Positions 9,566-20,270 of a stretch of DNA of 57,963 bases are shown one piece after another (position 1 is the first letter of the stretch; every line of letters starts with the position of its first letter). The stretch is from sequence record SRR31156797_979; one strand, 5' to 3'. Both the position numbers and the translations under genes were made by a program. The notes under the pieces were generated by a model that was not told where the DNA came from, made no database searches, and was given only the letters and a program-made list of their open reading frames with translations.

Positions 9566-12500
9566 CTACTTAATGAACTTAAACCATTTAAAATCGAATT
9601 TACTGCCAGGCATAAATACAAACATAACACTTTGTAATCCTTTAATTCTATCCAATTCAAATATCTGCTTGCTATATTCCTGACATCCGTCAAACTCAAC
9701 AATCTGGTTAATGTTTTCACTCTCACTCTTAAAGCGAATATGAATAGTATTATCTTTGTTGTGAGAATAGCCGCATATAGCAATTTTAGTTGCCCCATCA
9801 CTACCAAAATCCATATCATCAAAATACAGTGTTACGTTATTACCAATCTCTGTAATCGCATCTTCATCAATTTTATAATAATCACCAGTTATTCTATTAC
9901 ATTCTGTTGCTGACAATGCCTCATATGCCTTATCAAATGTTTTGAATTTAAATCCTTTAAAGTGTATTTTTAGATCAAAAACAAAGCATAGAGTTGTTAT
10001 TCCCTTCAATCTTCTTGGTAATTTAAATGTATTTTCCTGATAAGTATTCCACTTCGTTTTGGCGTTATACACTGCATCCAGCAGTTTTTCACTGCCATCT
10101 TCATCTGGCATACCCTCCCATATTTCAAATAGCAGAGGCTCATCATTGTAGTGGAAAATTGGTAAAGTCACCTCATCTGAGCCAAAGTCACCGAAATCAA
10201 CTTCATGAAACCCTATATAGCTGATTCCTTTGCGCATTGTAGCGACACCTCGCTGGTTTCCATTGCCCAGTTCAACATTACTTGCATTATACAAGCCGCC
10301 TGATACAAATTCATATGGATTTATATATGATTTTCCTAGACTATTAATAGTAAATTCTATTTCAGATATAATCTCAGCATGTGATGTACCATTGTTGGCA
10401 AAGCATCTCAATCGGAAATCACCATCAGCTGCAGCAGTCAAATCAACCTTATTACCATTTGGTGTAATCTTAACGATACTTGAATCTATTCCTGCATTGT
10501 TGGTAGCTTTCCACTCAAGCTCAGAATATGTTGCATTTTCTGGATATATTTTAGCTGTAACGCTTGCTGTTCTGTTTTCCTTATTGAGAGAATAAGTCCC
10601 GTCATTTATCAGTTCAATTTTCCTAATAGGGATTTCACCATTAAATGAAGATTTTGTATTCTGTGTATATGCCCTTGAACTTCCATCTGTAGCATCACAA
10701 TGCACAGCAGTCAGTTCCAAAGTTGTTGATATTAGTCCAACTGACTCTGCCATAATTATAATATCACCCTCAGCATCTGTAGATGCAATAATAGCTAATA
10801 GTTTACCACCAAAAAGTCTCTTGCTAGTGCCTTTATATTGATCATAGTCAGTGCTATTGCCATTATCAAGACCTACTAATCTGCCTGCACCGCTTACCGT
10901 TACTTCCACTCTATTATTAGCATTGGCTACATGAATCCCATTATCATCATAAGCACTGATTGTAACAAAGATTAAATCATCACTATTAGCTGATAATTCT
11001 CTTTTATCTGATTCAAGTTTCAGAGATACAGCATCGCCAAATGACTTCTGCTCATCTACAGCAATAATATTATCATTCTCATCATAAGCAACAGCTCTTA
11101 ATGTCCCCATATGATATGAAAGCTGCCATTCCCCTGCTAATTTCAAGCCCTTCTCATGGTCTATGTACTGCACTCCCTTACTATCTTCATTGAAGAATAG
11201 TTCAACCTTAGGTGCATTTGAATACACACGAATGTCTATCAGCTGCCCTTCGTTAAAATCCCAATATGGTAAAAGGTGTATCATCGGATTAGTCTTATAG
11301 TCAGTCCACTCAGCCTGATATTGATAGTAACTATCTTTTCTAAAACCTGCCGTATCAACCTGTCCAAAATATGAATTCTTAGTAAAATAGGGTGTTGGTT
11401 CACCTATATAATCAAAACCTGTCCAGATGAACTGTCCTGCCGAAAACTCTGCATCTCTATCGTCTGTAATACATTTAGCAGTACTTTTTGCTCCCCAGCT
11501 AGTGGTACAGTTACCTAGTGAAGAGCACTGTTCATCTTCATTAGAAAGCAATGACTGACTTGCAGGAAAATGATATATTCCTCTGCTTTGCACAGTAGCT
11601 GCAGTCTCACTGCCATAAATAATCCAGTCAGGATATTTCTCATGGTGCTCCTTGTACATATATTCCCCATAATTATATCCTGCTAATTTGATTATATTTG
11701 CAGACTTTTGAGTATTTTCCCATGGTAAATAATTTGAACCAAATGTTACCCGTGCATTTCTTTTGGCATCGTGAGTATACACCAAATCTCTCAGTTTAGT
11801 CGTTAAATCTTTTCCTCGTTCTCCATCACCTGCATGAGTATCATATACCTCATTACCAACGCTCCACATAATCACGGAGGGGTGATTCCTATCTCTTCGT
11901 ATCCATGAAGCTATATCACGTTCATGCCACTCAGGGAAAAATCTAGCGTAATCATACTTGGTCTTATTCATCTCCCATACATCAAAGGCGTCAGATGCTA
12001 TTAATATACCCATTTCATCTGCCAAGTCCATCATTTCAACCGCTGGAATGCTATGCCCAGTACGAATGCCATTTACACCCATCTCCTTTAATATGCTTAG
12101 CTGTCTTCTGATTGCCGTTTTATTGACTGCTGAGCCAAGAGCACCTAAATCATGATGCTCACATGTTCCGCATGTCTTTACATGTTTACCATTTAAGAAA
12201 AATCCAGCATCAGGCTTAAATTGTATGCTTCTAAATCCAAACCTCTGCTTAACTCTATCTATTACTTCCCCATCTACTATAAGTTCGGATACTAAGTAAT
12301 ATAAATATGGATTATCAATCTCCCATAGCATAGGATTATCCACATTAATTGTTTGCAAATCAGTATATAGATTACTCTCCATATTGATATTATTCAGTGC
12401 TGAACCTATAGTCTTTCCTTTATCATCAATAATAATATGCTGTATCTGGGCATCATTAGATTTAGCATTCTCATTTACTGTCTCTGCATTAATATCAACT

Positions 12501-13000
12501 TGCCACTTGTCATTCTTGCAGGGACTTGATGAAATATAAATTCCATCAGTAGCAAAATGCTGTCTATCTTTTTCTATCAACCAAACATTGCGATAAATTC
12601 CTGCACCAGAATACCATCTGCTGTTTGGTCGCTGGTATACTACTCTTACAATAATCTGATTATTACCGTCTTTTATTACATCTGTAATGTTAACCTCAAA
12701 TGATGAATAGCCATACTTCCATTCGGCTACATTTATTCCGTTTACACAGATAGTACTATCCATATAAATTCCATCAAAATATAATGATACTATTTTGTTC
12801 CCATCATAATTAAAAGTAAATTCTTTTTTATACCATCCTTCACCAGTTTCGTATAAATTATTTGTATCATATATCAACCAGTCATGAGGAATATCAACCA
12901 TCTGCCAATCGTTTTTACAATACATAACATCATCAAATAATGATCCAATTGGCTTTTTCACAAACTGCCAGTTGTCATTAAATAATCGCTTTCTTCTCAT
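9566..13000 (-). CDS. Glycoside hydrolase family 2 (beta-galactosidase-like) with C-terminal Ig and CBM6-like modules
   Basis: IPHDW, FDGIYMDS, SRWYSGAGIYR, HHDLGALG, RDRNHPSVIMWSVGNE, GSET, FIWTGFDYIGEPTP. Start MRRKR after the GGAGGA RBS. Confidence 0.92.
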   Translation of the reverse strand: MRRKRLFNDNWQFVKKPIGSLFDDVMYCKNDWQMVDIPHDWLIYDTNNLYETGEGWYKKEFTFNYDGNKIVSLYFDGIYMDSTICVNGINVAEWKYGYSSFEVNITDVIKDGNNQIIVRVVYQRPNSRWYSGAGIYRNVWLIEKDRQHFATDGIYISSSPCKNDKWQVDINAETVNENAKSNDAQIQHIIIDDKGKTIGSALNNINMESNLYTDLQTINVDNPMLWEIDNPYLYYLVSELIVDGEVIDRVKQRFGFRSIQFKPDAGFFLNGKHVKTCGTCEHHDLGALGSAVNKTAIRRQLSILKEMGVNGIRTGHSIPAVEMMDLADEMGILIASDAFDVWEMNKTKYDYARFFPEWHERDIASWIRRDRNHPSVIMWSVGNEVYDTHAGDGERGKDLTTKLRDLVYTHDAKRNARVTFGSNYLPWENTQKSANIIKLAGYNYGEYMYKEHHEKYPDWIIYGSETAATVQSRGIYHFPASQSLLSNEDEQCSSLGNCTTSWGAKSTAKCITDDRDAEFSAGQFIWTGFDYIGEPTPYFTKNSYFGQVDTAGFRKDSYYQYQAEWTDYKTNPMIHLLPYWDFNEGQLIDIRVYSNAPKVELFFNEDSKGVQYIDHEKGLKLAGEWQLSYHMGTLRAVAYDENDNIIAVDEQKSFGDAVSLKLESDKRELSANSDDLIFVTISAYDDNGIHVANANNRVEVTVSGAGRLVGLDNGNSTDYDQYKGTSKRLFGGKLLAIIASTDAEGDIIIMAESVGLISTTLELTAVHCDATDGSSRAYTQNTKSSFNGEIPIRKIELINDGTYSLNKENRTASVTAKIYPENATYSELEWKATNNAGIDSSIVKITPNGNKVDLTAAADGDFRLRCFANNGTSHAEIISEIEFTINSLGKSYINPYEFVSGGLYNASNVELGNGNQRGVATMRKGISYIGFHEVDFGDFGSDEVTLPIFHYNDEPLLFEIWEGMPDEDGSEKLLDAVYNAKTKWNTYQENTFKLPRRLKGITTLCFVFDLKIHFKGFKFKTFDKAYEALSATECNRITGDYYKIDEDAITEIGNNVTLYFDDMDFGSDGATKIAICGYSHNKDNTIHIRFKSESENINQIVEFDGCQEYSKQIFELDRIKGLQSVMFVFMPGSKFDFKWFKFIK

Positions 13001-13072
13001 TATGCTATCCTCCAATACATTCTGAATACAGACAGAATCAAATATCAATCAAAACCTACTTTAAATATATAT

Positions 13073-14626
13073 TTACAACCTAATTAACCTGAACCAATCA
13101 AAGTCAGCGTAGTTTTTATTATCAGTATTTTTACAAACTCCGAAAAGCCCGATGCAAGTACCTACAAATCCACCAGCAATATCAGTTGATAATATCCTGC
13201 CATCAATATCCTTTGCCAGAATCATATATTCATCATCATCTGCAGTTTTATAAGCAAAATATAAATTCTGCATGTTTGCATACACCTTTAGAGTCAATTC
13301 CGTATTACCATCGGTAACTTCATTTACTGCAATTACACTCTCATTACCATTTTTGCATTGTATAAGTTCAACCAGAGACTTACCTCTATCCTTTTTAATG
13401 CTTAATGAGTAATAGTACTCATTGCTTTGATACAAAGCAATTCCTGCTCTTTCGCCATCTTTGGGTATAAATTCAAAGCTAGTCTCAGCAATATAGCTCA
13501 TTGAAGTCTGTCGCTGACATACGAAGCTCGGGCTTTCGAGTTCATTGATATTTACTGGAGACAAATATATTCTTAAGTAGCCCTTTCTCTCAGCCAGAGA
13601 ATAGTTGCTTTCTACTGGGTTTCGCAGATACATAAAGTGCTTTGGCAAAGCTACATCATCGAAGTCCTCAAACTCTTTTACAGGTTGTGATTCAAAGTAT
13701 GGCAAATCCGGCACATTACTATATTCTTCTACTTTACCTACGCCCGGATTAATAACCGGCCAGCCGTCTTCCCATACAAGTGGAACTAGGAAAGTCTCTC
13801 GTCCCAGATTTCTATAATATCCCCCATAAGGACGTGATGCTAAAAGCACCATCCACCATTCACCATTTTGAGTTTCTACAATGTCCGCATGACCAACATT
13901 AACAATAGGATAATTCCTGCCTAAATGTCTGTGAGTTAGTATTGGGTTGCAGTTATATCCCTCAAAATACTCAGTAATGCTCTTACTTCTGGCAATAGTA
14001 ACAGCATGCTGGTGACCTGTTCCCCCCTCGGAAATCATTAAATAATACCAGCCGTCTTTTTTATAAATGTGCGGACCCTCTGGCCAAATACAATTCTCTA
14101 CAGCTCCATGCCATACAGGATATGATTCACCTACCAAAGTCATTGTATCTAAGTTAAGTTCACTAACAAATATTTGTTTGTCACCATAATACTCAGCTCC
14201 TGTGGCTCTATCTTTGGTATTGCAATAGTAGCATTTGCCACCATCATCAAAAAACAAACTAGGATCTATGCCTTCAGCATCCAAAAATATTGGCTCAGAC
14301 CAAGGACCAGCAGCATCAGTAGCAGTAACTACAAAGTTCCCCATGCCACCTACATTAGTTGTAGTTAAATAGAATATTCCATTGTTGTAACGGATAGTAG
14401 GGGCATAAATACCATCGGAATGGTCATCTCCTTTTAGACTGATCTGTGATTGTCTATTCAATACATTGCCTATCTGATTCCAGTGAACCAAGTCCCTGCT
14501 GTGAAATACAGGAATCCCTGGAAAATATGAAAAAGTAGATGTCACCATATAATAGTCCTCTCCGACTCTGCATATAGATGGGTCTGGATAAAAACCTGCT
14601 AGTATTGGATTTTGGTATTTATTCAT
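13073..14626 (-). CDS. GH43 beta-xylosidase/alpha-L-arabinofuranosidase with C-terminal beta-sandwich
   Basis: NPILAGFYPDPSICRV, GIYAPTIRY, GIDPSLFFD, WPEGPHIYK, EGGT, GHADIV, LGRETFL, GGFVG. Confidence 0.93.
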   Translation of the reverse strand: MNKYQNPILAGFYPDPSICRVGEDYYMVTSTFSYFPGIPVFHSRDLVHWNQIGNVLNRQSQISLKGDDHSDGIYAPTIRYNNGIFYLTTTNVGGMGNFVVTATDAAGPWSEPIFLDAEGIDPSLFFDDGGKCYYCNTKDRATGAEYYGDKQIFVSELNLDTMTLVGESYPVWHGAVENCIWPEGPHIYKKDGWYYLMISEGGTGHQHAVTIARSKSITEYFEGYNCNPILTHRHLGRNYPIVNVGHADIVETQNGEWWMVLLASRPYGGYYRNLGRETFLVPLVWEDGWPVINPGVGKVEEYSNVPDLPYFESQPVKEFEDFDDVALPKHFMYLRNPVESNYSLAERKGYLRIYLSPVNINELESPSFVCQRQTSMSYIAETSFEFIPKDGERAGIALYQSNEYYYSLSIKKDRGKSLVELIQCKNGNESVIAVNEVTDGNTELTLKVYANMQNLYFAYKTADDDEYMILAKDIDGRILSTDIAGGFVGTCIGLFGVCKNTDNKNYADFDWFRLIRL

Positions 14627-14669
14627 AATGAATCTCCTATTAAAAATTAAGATTGTGTTTGCCCAAAAA

Positions 14670-14704
14670 AACGATCAAATCCTTAAGAGAATGATTTGAT
14701 CGTT
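14670..14704 (-). terminator. Intrinsic terminator after the ABC permeases
   Basis: Perfect 12-bp stem AACGATCAAATC/GATTTGATCGTT running into a T tract on the minus strand. Confidence 0.75.
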
Positions 14705-14728
14705 ATTAAATATAAAAATAATAATTTA

Positions 14729-15652
14729 TTATCCTTTAACAGCTCCGAGTGTTACGCCCTTAACAAAATACTTCTGCAAGAATGGATATACAAACAATAT
14801 AGGTACAGCAGATACTACTGTTACTGCTGACCGCATTGTTACTGGTGTTACCATTTGAGCATTATCACCCTGACTGAAAATTGCACTAATATCTTTTGAG
14901 CCGCTATTACTCATAGCTGATGAGAGCATTTTCATCATTTCATATTGAAGTGTTGTCAGGCTTTCCTCGCTGGAGCAGTAAATAAACGTATCAAACCAAG
15001 AGTTCCACGCACCTACAGCGCACCATAATGCAATAGTTGCTAGCACAGGCTTACACATTGGAAGTACGATTTGCCCATAACATCTAAAATAGCCTGCTCC
15101 ATCTATTTTTGCTGCCTCTACCAAACTTTTTGGCAATCCCTGCATATATGATTTTATGATAATGATATTGAATACGTTAATCAACGTAGGTAAAATATAT
15201 ACCCAAAAGTTATTTAACAGATTCAAATCCTTTATCAAGAAATATATTGGAATCAACCCTGCAGAAACATACATAGTTACAATAAAATACTTAGTCACAA
15301 AGCTTCGTAAGATAAATTCAGGACGTGATAATACAAATCCAATTAACGAAGCAACAAAAACGCCCAACGCTGTAGCAATTAGAGTTCTAAATATAGAGTT
15401 TTTGAATGCTGTAAACAGTAAAGGATTATCAAATACCACTTGATAATTATATATTGAAAATATCCTAGGAAAAAATGTTATACCGCCGCGCAGCGCGTCC
15501 TGAGAATCACTGAATGATACAGCTACAGTATTCCAAAATGGATATATCATAACAATAATAATTGATAGCATAAATATTGCATTAAAAGTATGGAACAATA
15601 TTGGCTCCAATTTAATATTTTTATAGCTCTTTCTTCTTATCTTTTTTTCCAT
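14729..15652 (-). CDS. Carbohydrate ABC transporter permease (CUT1)
   Basis: LPKSLVEAAKIDGA EAA motif, WNSWFD, PILFVYPFLQKYFVKG. Confidence 0.93.
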   Translation of the reverse strand: MEKKIRRKSYKNIKLEPILFHTFNAIFMLSIIIVMIYPFWNTVAVSFSDSQDALRGGITFFPRIFSIYNYQVVFDNPLLFTAFKNSIFRTLIATALGVFVASLIGFVLSRPEFILRSFVTKYFIVTMYVSAGLIPIYFLIKDLNLLNNFWVYILPTLINVFNIIIIKSYMQGLPKSLVEAAKIDGAGYFRCYGQIVLPMCKPVLATIALWCAVGAWNSWFDTFIYCSSEESLTTLQYEMMKMLSSAMSNSGSKDISAIFSQGDNAQMVTPVTMRSAVTVVSAVPILFVYPFLQKYFVKGVTLGAVKG

Positions 15653-15670
15653 AATAATCTCCTAGTCATT

Positions 15671-16594
15671 CTATATTAAATTAGGTTCATCGAACTTTCG
15701 TGCAAGGCGTGCTCCAGTAGCAACCAAGATAATTGAAACGACTGACTTGAAAATACCCGCAGCTGTAGCCAGCGAATAATTACCGCTTCTAATACCGTAC
15801 TTCAGAACAAATATGTCTATAGTCTGAGCAACATCCTGTACCAATCCTTTTCCTAACAGATATTGCACTTCAAAACCTGCATTTAATATCCAACCGATAT
15901 TCATAATTAAAATTACCAAAATAGTGGAGCGTATACTTGGAAGTGTTATATGCCACATTTTATGATATCTGTTTGCTCCATCTATTTCGGCCGATTCATA
16001 CAGAGACGGATCAATACCCGTCATAGCAGCGATATATATAATTGAGTTCCACCCCATTTCTTTCCAAACGTGAGAAAATGATACTATCCACCAAAAATAC
16101 TTCTTTTCTCCTAACCATAATATCGGTTTATCTATAAATCCTAATTTCATCAAAACGTTATTCAATGTACCATCTGAAGTAGATAAAAAAGTTTGAACAA
16201 GAGCACAAACTATAATCCAGCTCAAGAAGTGTGGTAAATAGGATACAGTTTGCGTTATTCTTTTTAATCCCAGAAATCGTAATTCATTTAATAGCAATGC
16301 AAAAACAATAGCAAATAAAAAACCTAATGATAGGTTTAGTACTGACATACCAAGAGTGTTTCTTAGTGATAACCAAAATTCTTTATCAGTAAATAAAAAT
16401 TTAAACTGATCTAACCCTACAAAATCTGACCCCTTATATCCTTTTGCTGGTCTGAAATTCTGGAAAGCCATAATCCACCCCTTTAGAGGTAAATATGAAA
16501 AAATAAAAGTATATACCATACACGGTATAATAATAATAAATAATGCCGTTTGAGCTTTTATCTTTTTTAATGTCTCTTTCATAACCGTCTCCAT
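15671..16594 (-). CDS. Carbohydrate ABC transporter permease (LplB-like)
   Basis: QTVSYLPHFLSW, WKEMGWNSIIYIAA, LYESAEIDGA. Confidence 0.93.
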   Translation of the reverse strand: METVMKETLKKIKAQTALFIIIIPCMVYTFIFSYLPLKGWIMAFQNFRPAKGYKGSDFVGLDQFKFLFTDKEFWLSLRNTLGMSVLNLSLGFLFAIVFALLLNELRFLGLKRITQTVSYLPHFLSWIIVCALVQTFLSTSDGTLNNVLMKLGFIDKPILWLGEKKYFWWIVSFSHVWKEMGWNSIIYIAAMTGIDPSLYESAEIDGANRYHKMWHITLPSIRSTILVILIMNIGWILNAGFEVQYLLGKGLVQDVAQTIDIFVLKYGIRSGNYSLATAAGIFKSVVSIILVATGARLARKFDEPNLI

Positions 16595-16621
16595 CTCTTA
16601 TTATATTATAAAAAAATATCA

Positions 16622-16646
16622 GGGAAGGGGAATATAACCCCTTCCC
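16622..16646 (-). terminator. Stem-loop between the solute-binding protein and permease genes
   Basis: Perfect 9-bp GC-rich stem GGGAAGGGG-n7-CCCCTTCCC; a T-run follows a few bases later on the minus strand. Confidence 0.75.
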
Positions 16647-16655
16647 ATGTTATTA

Positions 16656-18389
16656 CTATTCAGCCATTAATTCTGCTATTTGTTTATTTACTTCATCTAA
16701 GTATGCTTGTGGGTTACCATCATTGAACTCTGTTACGAAGTCATCCCATAATGCATCATAGTCTGCTGGATCTGCCAAAATCAACTGTGGATAGTATTTT
16801 CTACATACATCAACAAATCTGTTTTCAGCAACATTTGCAGCACTGCCTTCTTCTATAGGCATTGACCATACTGGATAGTAATTTAGTCTTTCTATAGGAT
16901 CAGACATTAGCTGTGCATCATATTTGATACCAAATCCGCCTAAGAATGATTGATCATATTCAGTCAAACTTGCTAGATATTCATCTTCAGAGTCAGCTGG
17001 TGAACATGGTGAGCCATCATCATATAGACCTTGACGCTTTGGAGAGTAGTTAAGTAGAACATAACCTGTTTCGTCACGTCTAATTGCTTCATCCTGTGAA
17101 TCTGCACGTGCTTTGTCAGTTAATTCCTTAGCACCGTTACCTAAATCAATGTAGCCTTCGCCTTCTATGCCCCATTGTAAGTAATCTTGTACTTCTTTTT
17201 GAAGCATCCAGTCATAGAATGCTAGCAAACGCTCTGGGTTTTCACAGTTAATTGTGATACCTACACCATTGCTGCCTGTAATTGTTGTAGATTGCGCATC
17301 AACATATCCATCTTGTACGCCTTCATCTGTAATAGGTACACATACATAGGTTCTATCATACTTGTCATCAGTTTTCAGTACGTTTACAGCACTGCTAAAG
17401 TTCCAGCCTTGGTCAAAGAATCCAAGTACTGCGCCTGTTGATATTCTTGAAATATATTGGTCATAGCTTTGTACCAAAGTTTCAGCTTCGATTACACCTT
17501 TATGATACTCTTCATTTAGCTTCTTATAGTATCCTTTTGCTGAATCACTGATTTGATATAGTTCTGCTTCCATTGTATCTAGGTTAACAAAAGCATTACC
17601 ATCATTACCAGCACCCATCAAGTGTTGAGCCGGGTTTCTTAGGCAGAAGTCTCTCCATCCATCACATAGTATCTCGAAACCAATAGTCTTTACGCCATCA
17701 ATTTCTGGATATTTTTCCATGTAATCTTCAATCAAAGTGAAGTATTCGTCCAATGTGCTAGGAATAACATAACCAGCATCTTCTAACACAGCCTTCTGAA
17801 TAAAGAATCCTGCACCATTGTTTTTAAATATTGGAGCTGCATTAGCTCTAACACTATATATCTCTAGGATATATTGATGTCCATCATCAGCTGTCATCTT
17901 TTCAGCATGTGGGCTGTAGTGTTCATATAGATTCGGATAGTCTTCAAGTAAATCTTCTAATGGAATAAATGCTCCAGCATCGATAAATTTATTAGCATCT
18001 GCAAATATTATGTCCGGATAATCTTCGCCGGCAATCATAACACCGGTTTTTTGATCTAAGTCACCCACCAAGAATTCCCACTCAATAGTAACACCAGTTA
18101 ATTCAGTAATCTTCTGCAATACTGGGTTATCATCAGCAGGTACCAAACCAGGGTCACGGATAAATGCTGTGAAAGTTATTGGATCATCAGCATCGGCCAT
18201 AGGTATTAAACCTGTTTCTGGGTCTGGAGTCAAAGCTTCCTCAGCTGGTTCATCAGCTGGCTTCTCTGTTGGTTCTTCTGTTACTACATCATCGACTGAG
18301 CTAGATTCTTCTGCTTGCTTACATGCTGCAAATGATAAAATCATTACAACAGTCATAACAAAAAGAAAAACTCTTTTTACATTTGTCAT
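16656..18389 (-). CDS. ABC transporter oligosaccharide-binding lipoprotein
   Basis: Lipobox FAAC, acidic/Pro linker, ITELTGV..., MIAGEDYPD, WGIEG. Lies upstream of two CUT1 permeases. Confidence 0.9.
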   Translation of the reverse strand: MTNVKRVFLFVMTVVMILSFAACKQAEESSSVDDVVTEEPTEKPADEPAEEALTPDPETGLIPMADADDPITFTAFIRDPGLVPADDNPVLQKITELTGVTIEWEFLVGDLDQKTGVMIAGEDYPDIIFADANKFIDAGAFIPLEDLLEDYPNLYEHYSPHAEKMTADDGHQYILEIYSVRANAAPIFKNNGAGFFIQKAVLEDAGYVIPSTLDEYFTLIEDYMEKYPEIDGVKTIGFEILCDGWRDFCLRNPAQHLMGAGNDGNAFVNLDTMEAELYQISDSAKGYYKKLNEEYHKGVIEAETLVQSYDQYISRISTGAVLGFFDQGWNFSSAVNVLKTDDKYDRTYVCVPITDEGVQDGYVDAQSTTITGSNGVGITINCENPERLLAFYDWMLQKEVQDYLQWGIEGEGYIDLGNGAKELTDKARADSQDEAIRRDETGYVLLNYSPKRQGLYDDGSPCSPADSEDEYLASLTEYDQSFLGGFGIKYDAQLMSDPIERLNYYPVWSMPIEEGSAANVAENRFVDVCRKYYPQLILADPADYDALWDDFVTEFNDGNPQAYLDEVNKQIAELMAE

Positions 18390-18431
18390 GTGTAAAACCT
18401 ACCTTTCATCTTTAAATTAATTGATAATAAA

Positions 18432-18484
18432 ATTATAAAGATAAACCTTGATTTAGTCATTCCCATTAACATACTTGTAATTCC
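18432..18484 (-). promoter_or_regulatory. Activator-dependent promoter of the ABC importer with a 21-bp-period direct repeat
   Basis: Minus strand ATGACT-17-TATAAT. GGAATTAC (18477-18484) and GGAATGAC (18456-18463) are 21 bp apart and the proximal copy overlaps the -35. Confidence 0.55.
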
Positions 18485-18503
18485 ATTTATTTGACTTAAA
18501 GAG

Positions 18504-20240
18504 CTATTTATAGAATTTAATACAACAAATAGTACCTTCTCCTAGTTCACTGTCAAGTTCAAATCCAAAATGATCACTATAATATAATTTTAATCTTTGA
18601 TAAACATTGTACAATCCTACACTATTATAGCTATGCTCTGTTTCTAAGGCTTCTTTTACCTCATCTAGTCGTTCTTTAGTCATACCTCCGCCATTGTCCT
18701 CTACTGTAATTATCAGGCATTCATTATCTACAACTGCATTAATAGACACACATAAGATGTCATTTGTCATCTCTCCTCCATGAATACAAGCATTCTCAAC
18801 TAATGGCTGAACTATCATTTTTGGTATTAACCAGCTTTTAGCTTTCTCATCAATATGGATATTATATATAAATTCGTCCTCAAACCTGAATTTTTGTATT
18901 CTTAAGAACTCATTAAGAAATCCTATTTCATCTTCTACTGGTACTATGTCCTTATCCCACGTTATCAAATTGCGAAACATCTTTGCCATATATTTAATCA
19001 TATCAGCTACTTCCGTCTCCTTATTTGACAAAGCTTTCAATCTAATGCTTTCTAATGAGTTAAACAAAAAGTGGGGATTAACCTGACTTTGCAGAGCAAA
19101 AAATTTAGACTTTACTGCCTCTTTTTCCATCTTTACCTGCAGCAATTTTGCCTGATATTCATGCTCAATCAGAGCTTCTAACTGGTTACTCATTATATTC
19201 ATACTGTTTTCAAGGGTGCTGAATTCATCACCTTCGTTATCAGTAGCCTCCAGCTGAATGAAATTACCTTTTGCTATTTGCTCCGATAAATCGACTACCC
19301 CATTTAAGCGTTTTGATATATTCCTTGTTATTGTAAATATAAAAAATGCAGCAAATAAAAGACCCGCTAAAGCGATAAGGAAATTATTTTGTCTGTAATG
19401 ACTAAATTCATCTAGAATAATACTGGAATTATATACTCCACACAAAGTAAATGGAGTGTCATCTATTTCCTTTTTATATACAATTGAATTTTTCGGCAGT
19501 ATATCAGCATCGAATATCTCATATTTTCCATTGTTCTGCCAAGTATCGGAGGATACGATTATATGGTTACAGCTGTCAATAATAATGATATCGTCAAAGA
19601 AAGCTGTACCTCTTAATAATGAGGACAAATACTGCAAATTCAAATCAATCTGAATTTGTTTACTGTACCTTGAATACTCTGAGTAGTTATCCAGTTCTTT
19701 TACAAGGCTTACCTTGTTTTCTATAGTTTGATCTATTCTGTTCCCAGATACAATAATACGATATTCAAAATCATCTTCCTCATTTTTCAAAGTTTCAATA
19801 ACTATATCATTTGTATCACTGTAAAAGTTATCCCACATTATTCTTACATATCCTCCATTAAAGACAGTAGAGTTATTTGTTAATAATGTGATATCCTTTA
19901 TTTGTGAATTGTACTTTAAATCAGATATTACCATATCTCTTATCTGAATATAATTATTATAATATTTTAAATCACTATAGTAATCATAGTCTAAATATTT
20001 ATTTACGTCCAAATTCTGAGTATACTCTCTGGCTAATGTTTCAATGCCTTTTATGTTTTCTTTGATTTTACCGGCTTTATTTTCCAGAGTTATTTCCAAC
20101 CGTTTATCAATTTCATTCTGAAGATTATCTTCTGTATATGTGTAAAAAAAGTAATTTTGAAAAATGATAGGCACAAGAACACCGCCTAAAAATATCAGAA
20201 TCATTTTCCTGGCAAGTGTTAATCTATTAAGTATTTTCAT
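18504..20240 (-). CDS. YesM-type sensor histidine kinase
   Basis: Two TM segments flanking an extracytoplasmic domain, HAMP, ALQSQVNPHFLFNSLESI, QPLVENACIHG, VEDNGGGM, VGLYNV. Start MKILN after GGAGGA. Confidence 0.92.
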   Translation of the reverse strand: MKILNRLTLARKMILIFLGGVLVPIIFQNYFFYTYTEDNLQNEIDKRLEITLENKAGKIKENIKGIETLAREYTQNLDVNKYLDYDYYSDLKYYNNYIQIRDMVISDLKYNSQIKDITLLTNNSTVFNGGYVRIMWDNFYSDTNDIVIETLKNEEDDFEYRIIVSGNRIDQTIENKVSLVKELDNYSEYSRYSKQIQIDLNLQYLSSLLRGTAFFDDIIIIDSCNHIIVSSDTWQNNGKYEIFDADILPKNSIVYKKEIDDTPFTLCGVYNSSIILDEFSHYRQNNFLIALAGLLFAAFFIFTITRNISKRLNGVVDLSEQIAKGNFIQLEATDNEGDEFSTLENSMNIMSNQLEALIEHEYQAKLLQVKMEKEAVKSKFFALQSQVNPHFLFNSLESIRLKALSNKETEVADMIKYMAKMFRNLITWDKDIVPVEDEIGFLNEFLRIQKFRFEDEFIYNIHIDEKAKSWLIPKMIVQPLVENACIHGGEMTNDILCVSINAVVDNECLIITVEDNGGGMTKERLDEVKEALETEHSYNSVGLYNVYQRLKLYYSDHFGFELDSELGEGTICCIKFYK

Positions 20241-20270
20241 ACTTAATCCTCCATCCTTCAAAAAAACTAA

